Made by a program: the position numbers and the translations under genes | Notes under the pieces: generated by a model | What the model saw: only the letters and a program-made list of their open reading frames with translations | The model's database searches: none | Told to the model about the DNA's origin: nothing | Assembly: GCA_013239625.1 (NCBI GenBank) | Contig: MU054391.1 | Location: 310,001-374,000 of the forward strand | Length of the DNA stretch: 64,000 bases | Direction of reading: 5' to 3' | Origin: Lama guanicoe | Lineage: Eukaryota | Part shown: positions 12,411 to 26,079 of the stretch, piece by piece | Numbering within the stretch: position 1 is the first letter of the stretch | Layout: every line of letters begins with the position of its first letter

Positions 12411-15400
12411 CTGGGGACACGTGGGGACCAGCTCTGGGGGGGACGCCCTGGGGGCACAGTGGCCTCGCTCACATAGTTTATGTGTCATGTACAGAAAGAT
12501 GCATCTCACACGCTCTGGGATGTTGATGGACAGGGAAGAGGGGAGTCAGGGACGGAGGAAAGAGAACCCCAGAGCCTGGAGGCACAGAAAGCAAGGACAG
12601 TGACGTGCCGGCAATGGGGAGGAGATGTGACACCTCGCTGTCCTCGAGTTCCATGGGAGGACAAGACAGAGCAGACAGAACAGAACAGGAGCAGCTCTGT
12701 TTTTACCAAAAGTAATTTAAAAACATTTTTCATCCTTCTTGCCACTATTAACCTGCACAATTTTAGCTTTGCTATTTGGCTCCATGTTACATTATTTAGT
12801 AATCCGATATATCTGCTAAGTGGAGTGAAAACTCTGCATAACAGAACGACCAAGTGCAGAAAGTCTTTATGGATTACAGAGCATTGATTTTAGACGTTAC
12901 ACTTCCCTCCACTTGCTGAGGTCAGTTTTCACACGAGGAGACTTTGGTTTCGTGTAATCTGGGAAACCACTGTCCTTGAAGGGTGGGTGGGATGCAGGCA
13001 TGCAGTTCCAAGGATGGGCTGTCCTCTGGGGGAGCTTCCCCCCAGCTGAACACCGGGTTTTGTCAGAGGTGCTGTGCGGGTCTGCCCAGGACCTCACAGG
13101 CTGAGAACCCGGTGGCCCCATCACTCCCACCACACTCCTGGGGTGGCCTCGGAGCCGGGCGCTGTCTGGAGAAAGGCAGCTCCCGTGGGTGACTGCAGAA
13201 GAGCGGCTGGTGCAGACGCAGCCCATGCCTCAGCAAACTTTCTTCTTACCCACGAGTTGGAAAAATAAGGAATAAAATAGTGCAAATTTACCCTGCTTAG
13301 GGGACTAGAGCATTCCAGAGAAGAGTGCCAAAGAGAAAATGGTGCAGGTGTCTGAGCAGCTCAGCACAACGCTCCCCGCTCCTGAGAAGACCAAACGCAG
13401 AGGGGTGACAAGTGGAGATGCTCTGAGTCGGGGACACTTGCCCAGAAGTGCCCTGGGACTTGGCTTTAGGGAGTCTGAATAGCCTTAATCAGTTATTAAT
13501 GATCTGGGAAAGGTGGCAATCAGCCCTGTGACGTCACTTGAGTGGGGCTGACGTTCAGAGAGGTCACTGACCTGCGAGAAAGGTGAGAATGTAAATGGTT
13601 CAGGAAAATGTGGTCGTTCGGCTCTGAAATTGCTAAGAACCTGGTAAGAAAGAGGAGCTCAGTTTTAAATCAATAGCTCTGTTCTGCTTACAAAGTGAAC
13701 GCTGGTTCATCTTTAAACTTGATCGTCGCCAGAGATCTGAGCATTACAAGGAGAAAACAAGCAAGCAGGGGCACTGTCACACCCACCTGTAAAGGTGACA
13801 GTGGCCCTGGCAGGCTGCCTGGGGATCCAACCCCACGCACTCTGCCTGCCCTGGGCCATGAGCACGGCGCAAACCTTCTATCCAGGAGCCCGTGAGCCCG
13901 GCCCTCGTCCATCTCTCCCAGCCCGACCCCTCCTCCTGGGAAGCACATCCTCACCTTTCAGAAACTGCTCCAGCCCCTCTGTGAGGATCTGTGGAGACAT
14001 GTTCCCCGCCGTCCTCCTGCTGCAGGTTCTGGGATGAGGACGTGCCGAGGGGGTCCAGCCGCTCGGGGACGCACAGGGGTCGAGGGAGAACCTCTCTCTC
14101 TCCTTGGTTCTTGGCTTGCTGACACAAACATGGAGGTGATAAAAGAGAATAGGCTTTTGCTGGGAGAGAACTGGCCCTGAACAGACCCCCTTCCTTTCCA
14201 GCAAATAAAATACAGCAGCTTAACTGTGTTGCCACCAGTAACCGAAAGCACCTTGATGCCTGCGTCCTGTGGGACAGGGTTTTCCAGGTCAGCAGAGCAG
14301 CACTTGTGAGGTAATAAGGTCTCCTAAAAATCGTGTCTGTTGGATCGTTTGGAGAGAAAAAGACTGTTCTAAGGACAAGCAGGAGCCGGGCTTCCCGGTC
14401 GTCTGCTCGCCCTGCTGGAAAGCCCAACCCAGGACCTGAGAGAAGACACGTGAAGTGAAGGTCAAGGCAGCAGGGGCCTCCCTGGGAGCCCAGAGCGTCC
14501 CTGCGGGGAACCAGCAGACGGGCTCCACCTGGAGAGTCTGCACGTCCCCGGAGCCCCCGGTCCTGAGACGTGGGCACCGGGTCACAGGCTGTTTCCCTCG
14601 AGCTGCTGTGGCTCCGTTAGAACATGTGTCGTGTTTTACTGTAAACGACTCCAAACTTGTGTAAACACACCATCGTGTGCTCACGTGTTTCCCCACGTCC
14701 CCACGTGTGCACGTCTGTACGGTCCGCAGCATGCACACGCAATGCAGGGGCACTGACGGGCCCTGGGAAGAGGCGGCACACGCTTCTGAAAGTCGGGCGT
14801 CTTCCCTTTGCTGTCGCGGCAGCACAAGACTGTAATAACCGCTCCGTCGCTCAGAATGATTGGCACTGGAAGCAAACAAAAGCCTGATTCTCTTGGCCTC
14901 TGTATGAATCTCACAAAGTTAACTTGCCCTGTTCACAAGAACGAATCTCACGAAAAATCATCAACACTGCTTAGGTGTCCGCCTTGCCGCTGGATGGCTC
15001 CTCGGAAACGGTCTGCACGGTCCCGCTTCCAGTTTAGACCTATTTTGACTTGCGTGTTGCAAGGCGCGTGGTGGCGGTCTGGTCCCTCACGAACCGCTCA
15101 TTTCCTGGCAGTGGAGGCGGAGGAGGAGGCAGTGGCTTCACGTCAAGAAGGGACCCGGGCGTCTCGTCAGCGCCCGGCTCACCACAGCCAGGCTCGGGTC
15201 GGGCCGTGCCGTCTGCCCCTTCGCCAAGGCCACAGGCTTGAACGTGAGGGGTTTTAGGCCTGTGTGTGTCTGAGGCTAAAATGAAAGTGGAATCTGTTTC
15301 CTTCTGGGCTGCTCCCTCTGAATTCGGCCGTGATTAGATCTGGGAGTCGCGCTCCCGGCAGCAGGAAAGGTCAGCTTCTAGTCCTGGTCTTCAGTTCCAG

Positions 15401-16477
15401 ACAAAGCAAGCCAGACAGAGGTTGGGGGCCATGCGGCGGGTCCCTAACGACGTTACGTGAGAAGACGGATCTTGGGTTGCGTTTTATTCGTTTCTACAGA
15501 AATGAATCAACTCATTCATGAAGGTCAAGTGACATTAACTCAATAGAGACACGTTGTAGCACACCCGACAGGAATGTTTGATAAAATACTGTCTTTTCAT
15601 GTTTGTGCTAAGTCATCATTCAACGTTGAAGATCATATTTTGCTCAGTTCTAACGCCAACTGTTCAGACCTTGGTGGTCTGGGCATCCCTTTAGATATAA
15701 AAAGCATTTATTTAAAGAGCCGTGAAAGAAGCTGAAGTTGGTGTTGAACAACCTTCAGGAGCAGTCGCTGGGGTTTCAGACAAGCTGACACCACTGTGCT
15801 TTACACGGAGGGGACTGAGACCAGAAGACGCCTGCCTCCTCTGAGCCCACACGGCTTCCATCACCACGTCTGCCAGAAGAGGCGGGCTCTGGGAACCCCC
15901 TCCCAAGGAAGGACGGGCCACCTTCTAGGACCCTGGGTGCTGGGCCTCCTTCCAACCAGCCAGCACCCTCGCTGGGCCAGGAACAGACGTGAGGCACTGC
16001 TGGCCCCCGTCCCAGGATCAGGCCTCCTTCTGGAGGAAAACTCTCCGTCTTCGGGCCCTGGTGATGATTGTCTCCACTCTCCCCGAGCAGGAATGTGGGG
16101 AGAGCTGACCCCCACCAACAGAGCAGCTGCTCCGGCCAGTGTCCTGGGGTCCCCACCTGGACCTCATGTGCGACACTGGAAAGCAAGGGGCCAGGCACAT
16201 GGGGTCACGGGGACTGAGGGGACATGGGGACCTCCAGCAGAGAGCTGAGGGCGTCCTTCCTCCTCCAGAGCTCAGAGGGCCGACGGTAACACTGTAGACA
16301 ACAGGAGTCGAGGGATGAGTCTACAGCTAAATTCTGTTTGTCTTCCTCGTCCCTGGAAGAGACGTTCATCAGACCCTACATGTAGCTATTTCTCCCCTGC
16401 AGCAGGGTCAGGAGGAGGCAGCCTCCGCTTCCCAAAGAGAGAGGGTGGGATGGGTTCTGGAGGGGGGAGGGGGTTCT

Positions 16478-16607
16478 NNNNNNNNNNNNNNNNNNNNNNN
16501 NNNNNNNNNNNNNNNNNNNNNNNNNNNNNNNNNNNNNNNNNNNNNNNNNNNNNNNNNNNNNNNNNNNNNNNNNNNNNNNNNNNNNNNNNNNNNNNNNNNN
16601 NNNNNNN
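16478..16607. other. Assembly gap (130 N) flanked by G-rich repeat units
   Basis: N run with GGGTTCTGG/GAGGGGG units on both sides. Confidence 0.95.
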
Positions 16608-17289
16608 GAGGGGGTTCTGGGGGGGTGGGGGCTCTCAGTAGGATGCGAGAGACTCTGCTGTTCCCACTGGCAACAAAGCCTGTACTCGGAGCCTCCTGGC
16701 AGAGTCACCTGCATTTTCTGTCCTCCAGTCGGCCTGAGGGGAGAGGATGAGTTCTAGGATTTAGACAACAAATCCCACAAATCTTTAATAATTTATTTTG
16801 TTTGTTTTTTTAATTTCATTGGTGAAATGAAATATTACCATATTACCATCACAAATCCTAAATAGCATAGGAAATAGAATTGTATTTGTAGAAAAGTACA
16901 AAGAACAGTGGAAATTATGTTTTCCCAGCCCTCTGGAGTATTAATTACATTTGGTCATTTACCAGCTAAATGCTCATGGACTATGGGTGATGAGAGAGAC
17001 TAACCACACTGTCAGAGGCCCTGGTCACTGTGCAGCAGTGATGGGTTAGACCTCCAAACCCCAAATGCTGCCTCGTCTGAAACTGACCCCTCGCTCTCGG
17101 CCGCCAGTCTGGGAAGACTTCAGGGACACCAGGAGGGGACCAGAGGGTGGCCGGGCATGTGGGCACCATCCCACCTCTTTCTTTTGTCCACAAGGCCAGG
17201 CTTTGGGACACCAAGGAATGGTCAGTTCTGCCCAACACGCCCCATGCACGACTGAAGGTACCCACATCTCTTGATTTCCGTGACCCCAG

Positions 17290-17700
17290 ACCTGCCTTCC
17301 AGAAATTCCCTTATTTCATTTTATCCCCCTGCTGTGTTCCCAGATTCTCAAACTAAACTTGGAACGTTCTTCCTCAATCTCGTCCCTTTGCCCTCAGCCC
17401 TCACCTGGAGCTCCCTGGTGTCCTGTGAGCCCCTCTCTGAAACGGGGTCCAGATCCACCCTCTTTCCTCCATCTCTGCTGCCCCCCAAGACCGAGTCCTC
17501 ATCCGAGCTCACAGGCAACACTGCAGGGCTGCCAGCTGCCCATCCAAAGCCGGACTTCGATTAGCTCACTGTACAGCTTCAAGTTCTCCACATGGTCTCC
17601 ATCCAACCTGGGAGAAAACTGAGGGTTTTCTTCTCCTGCCAGCCCTGAGGCCTGCCTGAGCTGGTCTGTGTCCACCCGACCCTGGCCCCTCTTCTGCTCC
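17290..17700 (+). mobile_element. L2 LINE fragment
   Basis: Pyrimidine-rich, with the L2-like motif ATCCACCCTCTTTCCTCCATCTCTGCTGCC. Confidence 0.45.
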
Positions 17701-18765
17701 TGGCCCCAAAGTCTTGGCTGCTCGAGGCTTTTCTGCTTCTCAGCCCTGCTCAGGATGCCCCACGGACATGGCTGCCCCCCACCTGGGGCCTGAGTCGGTC
17801 TCACCTCATCACAAGGGACCTTCTTGACACCGGGCCCCACAAGGGCTCCGACTCCTTGACCGTCTTACATCCAACAGGCAGTCATGACCTTGTTACGCAC
17901 CAGAGTCCAAGAGATGGAAGCTTCGTTCAGAGAGGAAGATGGTGAGGAGCTTTGTCACCTCTGAATCTTTGGTGCACAAGGCGGGCACCTAACAGGAATC
18001 TGTTAATGAAAAGTCACCCAAGGAGGGGTGGTGTGGAGCTGAGGACAGAGACTGAGAGCAGGCTGGCCTCTCCCGGCACGTGAGGAGGGGCACAGAGCAG
18101 GGGAAGGCACGGAGCCCTGACCCCCCGACACCTTCCTCTTTGTCTTGTCCTGCTCACCGGGGCCCGGCGTGGGGTCTCCCCCCCCCCACGGGAGCCAGGC
18201 CCAGGCAGCGGGGCCTCCGGGTTTGGGTGGTAACTGTCCCCATACCTGCTCATCCTCGGGAGACACTCAGCCGGTGGCAGGTGGGTGAGGACGGGTCCCC
18301 CTCGTTCACACCGCCTCCTCTTCAGCTGGATGAACAGGCCAGCGCCCGGGGGAACCGGCCATGCACACTGAAATCTGATTCGTCCCCACTGACTCATCTT
18401 TCTGGAGGTAAAACACAGCTACCGGTGATCCAGCTTCTACCCAGGGCCCTGGCCTGACCTGGGCGACCTGCTCTTCCACCACCTGGAAGAATGAGCGGGA
18501 GGCAGCCACCAGCAGCTGTGAGCTCACACTAGTGCGAGGTATGCCGTGTTGTGATATGCAACCAGGTACGACGCTGCAGGTTACGTTTGTTCTTTAATTC
18601 TTAGAAGGAATGCATCACATGTTGTATTTTTATGTGTTTTATGTTCTATGTGACACAGTAAATACACAACATAGACAATAATTTTGTGCACATTTATACT
18701 GCCTATTATACAGTTTCCCTGTAGCTCATAGTCCTTGTCAACACTTGGCAGCGTCCAGACGTTAG

Positions 18766-18835
18766 TATACGTGTGTGTGTGCATGTGTGCGCATGTGTTC
18801 ACGTGTGTGTGTCTGTGTGCATGTGTGTGTGTGCT
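18766..18835. repeat. Degenerate (TG)n, alternating purine-pyrimidine
   Basis: GTGTGTGTGTGCATGTGTGCGCATGTG... Confidence 0.85.
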
Positions 18836-20574
18836 TCTGTGTAAAAACATACAAGCTGCCTTGTGGTCACCCCACGTGGGTTTGTTCAAAGACTAACCAG
18901 GTGAGTGAATTCAGTGAGTTTTGTGAATTTCCAGAATACGTGCCTGCAGTTTCCTGGGGAGAAGAGAGGCGCCCTGTTGGTGGTCATTGTCCCCAGGACA
19001 GAGGCCCTGAGATGGAGAGGCTGCACGGGGCTTGCTGGGGGCTGCTCTCAGCAACACCGATGGCTTCGGGGAGGCCCCTTCGTGGCCCCTCTGCCTCACT
19101 GTCGTCAGGCGGCGCAGGACGTGTCACCTGGACCTGGCAGCTTCCTGCATGCCCCGCGGTGTCTCCAGGAGCCCCAGCCTGGCGAGTGGGCAGCCAGGCC
19201 CTCGGGAGCTGCCATGATGATGGTCTCCACTCTGTGTGTCTGCGAAGTATGCGGGCTCCCGTGCGTGTCTCTGTGTGTGTGTGTTCACGTGAGCTGTTTT
19301 GAAAACCGATCCATGTTTAATTCTATCAGTCCACACAGAGTAGTTATTTTGTAGATACAATCATAGTAAAATTAACTCAGGCACTCTTCAAAATGAAGCT
19401 AATTAACGCCAATGACTGTGGATGGAGGTTCGTGTCTACCTGCGCGCACTTCCTGGTGGACAACGGCAGCCCCCGTGTGCGGGCACTGTGCCTCTCCAGT
19501 GCCGATTCCAGGTTGGATTAAATCGCTTGACTCAGACTCAGCGTTAATGCAGTTGTCAGCCGAGTCTTAGGTGCCGAGATCAGAGGGACGTGTGGGGAAA
19601 GGACGAGCGTTTTTCATTGACGCGATCAGTGCAGACTTTCTGTTTCCTTGAACCAGTTTTTGTTCGTATGACCTGCAGCAAATGACTCAAAGGGACTTTA
19701 ATGAAATGCTAAGGAAGGAATAAAGCGTTAGTATCGTGTAAACAGAATCCCGACTTTGTAGGTGGGAGCACTGAGGCTCAGGAGGGGAAGTGAGCTCCCA
19801 AGGGAGGAGTCATGGAACATCTGGCTTTTCAGCCGGACGCGCGCCCTCCAGTACCGCTCACCGAACTGGCCGCGGACACCGCGAGCTCGTGCTGTGAGGC
19901 CCGGACTCGCGTGCGTGCGAGCGGCTCGCAGTTCCTAACCGGCTCCACCTGAGAGCCGCCCCCTCACCCGCAGGCTCCCGCTCGCTGTGAAAGGCAAACA
20001 TTGTGTTTCTCAGAACCGCCCTTTTCCTGGTTTTGCTAGGATAAGGAATGTCATTTTTTTTGGCTCTCAGCCCAGAAATAAGGGGAAGGGGCCCGTCCTG
20101 GCAGGTGCCGTCTCAGCCCTGATGGTTATCTCCCCTTTGTCAGATCGGGAGCCTTCCCGCTCCCACCAGGACGCTGAGCCAGCCACAGGAGCTGACGAGC
20201 TCGGGGAGGGAACCCAGGGCGAGGGGTCCTGGGGGGCTCCCTTCCTGACCCTGAGTCTGAAATCCACCCTTTGTGCTGATTATGCTTTGCTGACCCTCAG
20301 AAATGGGTGGTGAAAGACTGTCAGCGACAGCAAACACCTGCGTTGTCTTGCTGGGCGGAGTGCGTGATGCTGTGACTACGGTTGTTTGGACAATTAACTA
20401 AGATAACAGAGGCTTTATCCTTGAGTTTAAAATTCTTGACAGAAAACACCTTTTTATGTTTACTACTTCCCGTGAAGGACAGGAGTCTGCGGCAGGGGGG
20501 AGTCGTGGGGGACACAGGCCACCGCCGAGTTCTGCCCCGGAGCCGGCTCTCACCCCGCCCAGGCTCTGCGGTTC

Positions 20575-20597
20575 GTCAGTCAGTCAGTCAGTCAGTC
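20575..20597. repeat. (GTCA)5 tetranucleotide repeat
   Basis: GTCAGTCAGTCAGTCAGTCAGTC. Confidence 0.9.
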
Positions 20598-21405
20598 GCT
20601 CCCTGGGCCTCCACCCACCTGCAGCCGTGAGACCTGGAGTTGCCCGGGTGACAATGGTCTGGGTTGTTTGTATACTTTCCCCCAAAAAAGGAGTTCAAGA
20701 GGAAATAAGTGTCATAACAATAAAGGTCAAACATCCAGAACAGGCCCCCAGGGGTCCCAAGCGTCTCCATGGCTGCACGCCCGGAGCGCAGCTCTGAGCT
20801 GTGACTGGCTTCGCTGGTAAACAAACTGACTAACTAACAAAGCAGACACGGAATTATAGAACACGGGAGAAGAGCACGTGACGCGGACAGATAATTCCTG
20901 AATCTTCACCTGCTTTATTACTTGTGGGCACTGTTACTACCAGGCATTATAAATAAGTAAAGGCTTTTCAAAGCCTTTCATTAGCAAGACTGAGCGCAAA
21001 AAATTCATGAGCCCAGAGCGTCTTTACATGTGCAGCTGCAAGTAATCCGTTCCCTGGAACCTGCTCCAACGGTTCTGTGTGGAACGGCTTTACAGCAGAG
21101 AAAACCGGAGAGACGGGTTTTACTGGCCCTGACGCTCACACCGGGTGATTTAACCGAGCGCTGTGCTCTGAGCACTGCTTGAAAGTATTTCTGTTATTGA
21201 TCATGTAAATATTAAGATTGGATTACTTTTGATAATACTGTTAACATTTACTAAAAAATTCATAAACAGAGAAGGTTAACATTATACTATATTAAGATGC
21301 TCTGGAAAGCAGTAAGAACAAGACATAATGGAAGAAAGGCAAAGGGTATGGTCTGGTAATTCTCGGGGAAGAATGTGAATAATCAAAATAATGATCAGCA
21401 CACGC

Positions 21406-21570
21406 AGTGGGGTTTGGCCCTGAGCTCATCACCACTGGGTCAGGGGAGAACCTTCCACCTCACTAGCTGGAATATGGTTTCTCTCTGAGTTCTGGTTTCG
21501 ACGCCTGGGGACCCACCCTCCGGGTGGTCTGTTCAGGTGAGCTGATGTGTGGTCAGGTTTGGGAATAGCT
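21406..21570 (+). mobile_element. MER5-like hAT MITE remnant
   Basis: Starts CAGTGG and ends CAGGTGAGCTGATGTGTGGTCAGGTTTGGGAA, similar to the MER5 3' end. Confidence 0.4.
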
Positions 21571-22692
21571 AACATACACTAGATGTAACTGAACACTAAT
21601 GACTTCGAAAAATCAATAAAATGGATAACAATGAAAAATACAATTGGCCAAAATTTATTTTCAAATGTTATAGACTATGTAAGTATCCAAAATAGAAAGT
21701 TTTAAATAACGCATCATCTCCAATAGTGGTTCTGGAGTCAGATGTCATGCCTGCAGGTTCTCCCAAGATTTCAAGAATTAACACCTGGAAACCTGTGTAA
21801 ACGCCAGCTTCACTCTGACCTCTGACACCAGGCTGTCAGAGACGCTGCCTGGAGGGGTTCCAGGGACAAACCCACTGCCGAACATTTGTGCGAGAATCCG
21901 GAGCAGTCAATCGTTTCTCTAATGAGGAGGTCCAATATCAGGAAATTAAGTTTAGTGCATCATCCAGGCAACTGAGATGTGTTCAATCATCTTCCCAGTA
22001 AAATAAAACCTTGCAACCACTCTCGACAGAAGCCTGTCTTAAACCAACTGGAGAACCCATATTCACAGGGAGCCCCACAAACAACTGTAAACTATCACAG
22101 TCATCCTTAAAACATGCTTGGAAGTTCTGCTCAATCTAATTAAAACATGAGATTGATTTTTTAATATAACCATCTTTCGAACTCCTTCCACACAATAGAC
22201 ATTCAATAAATATGCTAAATAAATAAGCAATTGAGAAAAAGAATGATGCTGCTTTAAACTGAATTTCTGTGTACCATACGACTGACTCAGCCCCGCTCTG
22301 TGCTCCCTCTGTGTGTGCGGTTCATGCGTGAAGGAAGCCGGCCAGGGTTACTGGGCAGCCTGGAGCTGCTCCTTTTGGAAATCATGACGTAACTACTCCA
22401 ACAGGCTTGTCGGGCTGCAATGCCCACGCTGGACGGTCGAGTCATTCCAAGGAGAGGGAGGCGGAGAAGGCCCAGGGCGTCTGGACAGACTCCAGCCAAG
22501 ATGCAACCCCTGAGTCTGTCAGAGAGTCCCCCGCAGAGACAATGAGGCGTGGAGAGGCCACTCAAAAATCTCCAGCACCCGGAGGGCTCTTGAGAGCCCG
22601 ACACCAGCGCTGAGCTAGTGACAAGAGGGTCAGGAGTGAGGAGGAAGGGGGCACCGAAGTCCAGGCGTCCGAGGTAGGACTGCATTAGTCTG

Positions 22693-22770
22693 CACACACA
22701 CACACACACACACAGAGAAACCACAAACACACGCACATGCACACACGTGTGCACACGCATGCACAGCATG
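22693..22770. repeat. (CA)n microsatellite plus degenerate CA/CG extension
   Basis: A (CA) run followed by ACACGCACATGCACACACGTGTGCACACGCATGCACA. Confidence 0.9.
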
Positions 22771-25700
22771 TTGGACACGGGCCCGGCGACTCTGGGGCTG
22801 TTTTTATACACAGGTCGTGTCATTGGACCACGCTGTGGGGCTCCCTAAGGCAGCCGGAAATCCAAAGTAGACGCCACCGAGGAATTCTGGAATCACGGTG
22901 CAGCTCTGGGGCAGGTCATTCCAATTAACCAACTTTCAAATGTTCAGATATAAATATATTTAAAAATTGTAATTACTGTACAAATTTTTAAATAACTCTA
23001 AACTCCCAAGGTTACAAAACCATGTAATTTCAAAGTGGTTGAACTTTATGTATTGTGAGCAGAAAAAAAAATCAGAACATATATGTGTATGAATATATAT
23101 TTAAATTTAAGTTTCTTTCTTTAAATTTCTACAGCATAGACCGCAGTACTATGTTATAGTAATTTACAGACAGTGTTCCCAGCAGGATGTCCAGGAAGGA
23201 GTGAAACATGAAGTTACACTGGAATATTTACCAATTATCTCTTTAAATAAAGCAGAACACTCAAAAATTTTAATTAATAATTATTAAAGCTTTAGTTTGT
23301 AGCTAGCTTTAAAATTCTAGAAACTACTTAACATACTGTATCTCTTGTCTATCAAATGTGCACAACATACACACAGGTATACGTGTGTCTCGACCCAACT
23401 TCGGCGCAGCTGTAGTCCCACTTCTCTGCCCCAGCGACACACTTCCCTAAGGAAACCTGCTTGCCGCCTGCTGACACTCCTAACGTGCCTTTACGAAGTA
23501 GTTACGACTTGTGGAGGTAGAATAAGATAATGCACTGTGTCTCTGACCAAGAGCAGATGATTTTCAGTACACTCCTCATCTATCAACAAATTATTTTTCA
23601 AAATAGCCAGGAGACAAAATAAATGATCGTGGTCAGAAAAGAAGCACAGCCCCGGTTGCTTTTACTGAACTTTGTATTTATAATTATGCCACTAAATTAA
23701 TTTTTAATTAATAAATAACATAGACATAAAAGGGAAAAACAATGTGTTAAATATTTAATTATGCTGACATGTTTTTGAAAAAAGGTGAAATGCATGGTAA
23801 ACACTGGACTTCCCCGTAGTGGCCAGGTGTGCCGCAGGGTCTGTCTGTGAGGACCAACAGTCACAAATGACTCCGTGACCTGCTCCGGCATCGGTGACCT
23901 TCTCCGTGGGTCACACTTCCCGGACATGCAGCCCAAAGCTGCCCATCTTCCCACGGGGTCAGAAAACACAGTTCAATCATTTTAATTTGGATTTTTTTGT
24001 GAGCATGAAGCAACAGGTACACATGCAGATAGGAAGCGTCTTAAGCATTAAGACAATTTGGGTCGAGATTGTGAACAGCCCATGTCCCGGTGAGCTCCAG
24101 GCACGGCGGCGCCACCCGTGTGGCCTTCTCTGGGGTCCATTCTAGCTGTCTTCACAGAGAACCTGCCACACTTCCTGATACGTCCCGTAAGACCTCCGAA
24201 GGTTCTCACCTTCTCAGGCGTCAGAGGAGCGCGGCTGAGGGACATGACTGGGCCCACTGTTTGGAAGGAGGGAGCGTCCACTTTGTGGAGAAGCTGCCGG
24301 GAGCATTTGAGCGCCTGGGACTCTCTTGCTGTCCCTCCTCGTTCACAGAATCCCAGGCCTGGTCTCCCGTGTTGTCCTTTGTCCTCACGTTCGCTTTATC
24401 TTCGCGGCTGGTTTCAGATCTGCCGTTTAAACCTGGGGACTCAGGGCTGGGGACTCTGCGATCCAGGCCCCGGGAGCGGCCGCCTTCACCAGGGTTCTCA
24501 AAGTGACTTCCCATCACAGTGGGACGCGAAGCTGCCCTGGGTAACCACTAGACCAAGGCGACTGTTTACAGCGCACTTCGTTAACCTTAAACTGCCTGGA
24601 GTTGCAGGCGCTGGAAAAGCACCGACTTGCAGTGGCTTTACGTGTTAAGTTCTCTGGAGACCTGCCCCCGCGGCGTCCCTCACCCACCGCACGCGGCCCC
24701 AGCACACAAGAGGAGGAACGGCATACACGGGGCCCCATCCTGCCACCGGCCCCCCCGCAGGAGCCCCGTCCTCAGGCTGGGCCGGCCTCCCCGTGTGCCT
24801 GTTACACGGGCCCCAAGTAACACGGGGGTGCTGTCTGCTGTGCGGGCCTCTGCTGGTTTGTTTTTTGGTTCAGTGGCTCTTGTGCAGTGGGTCCACGCTG
24901 ATCACGCAGTTGGAGGAGGTGACTTTAACTGCTGTGAACAAGTCCGGGAGCGCCCGTCTCCCTGCGAGGCACCAGTGGGAATTCTGTGCTCAGGGAACCA
25001 GACCCAGGGGCTTGCACCCCTGGGGCTTTCCGTCTCCTGGGAAGACAGTCCCACCAGCCGCTGAACATAACACGCCTGACCGCGACCATGGGAAGTAACG
25101 TTTATGCTAATGATTAAAACAATGTTTATCGTCGAACCACGCTGGATGCTTTTCTGAAAATAAGCACCTGAGTATTAGGAGAGTAATCCATACAGTGATA
25201 CACTTATCACGTGAAGTGCACTAAAGTACTTCACGTTTCAGGAGCAGCCCCCAGATTCAGACGTGGCAAAAACACCGAGAAAAGCGATGTTTTAGAAAAG
25301 AACTACATTAAAAGTAAGGTGTAGAGAAACCCTGATTAGAGAATAAACACAGATAAGCCCAGTAGAAAACTGGAAAGACTTGAAAAGAGAGAAGTATGTG
25401 TGTTGCTTAAAAGAAAACTGAGGAGAGATGACGCCTGAAGTGTGGAAGTCGGGAGACGAATCAGCGTGTCGTTCCTGGCACTTACGTGAAGGGCTTTACC
25501 TTTGTGCAGTGGAGAACGGAGAACGCCCTTGTGGTGGAGGACGCAGCTGATGGAGCTGGGGGACCACCGGGTAGGGCTCATGGGGACACCCACGTCCCCG
25601 CCCGCGGAGACAGCCTACACGCACACTTCCTGAGTCACTGTTTACAAGTCTGGGCACCGCCCGCGGCTCCAGGGCCACAAAAACTGATTAAAAAGCCCCT

Positions 25701-26079
25701 TGCCCCTTACTGCAAGTGGCCACCTGTGTTTTAGTGCTAGATCTTCTCACGTCAGACGCCGCATGGTTAGGAATATTGGTTTGGTTTGGTTTGGCTTGCT
25801 TGGATTCCAGGAAAATTAAAGCACAGGGGATACCTTCACTTCATTTATAACTGTAGAGTGTGTGTGTGTGTGCACGCACATCTGTGTGCGGGGTGGGGGG
25901 AGAGAAGAAAAGGGAAAAAACATCAATTTATCTAACAGGAAAATGCATAAAACAAATACTTTTATTAGGAGTGGAATTTTGAATTACAATAATTTGATAT
26001 CTTGAAATCTGGAAGAATTCAGTTAGGATAACTTTCTTTAAGAAAAACTACTATCTAATGATAATGAAATATTACCGCT

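Noticed and set aside
13480-13630. Possible CR1/L3 fragment (also 54150-54350)
   Set aside because: The similarity is too faint to call by eye.
20959-20978. 9-bp inverted repeat AAAGGCTTT-tc-AAAGCCTTT (similar short ones at 23274-23287 and 25209-25236)
   Set aside because: Short enough to occur by chance in 64 kb, with no supporting context.
23806-23830. CHR-SINE-like start GGACTTCCCCGTAGTGGCCAG
   Set aside because: Similarity does not extend to a B box or body.
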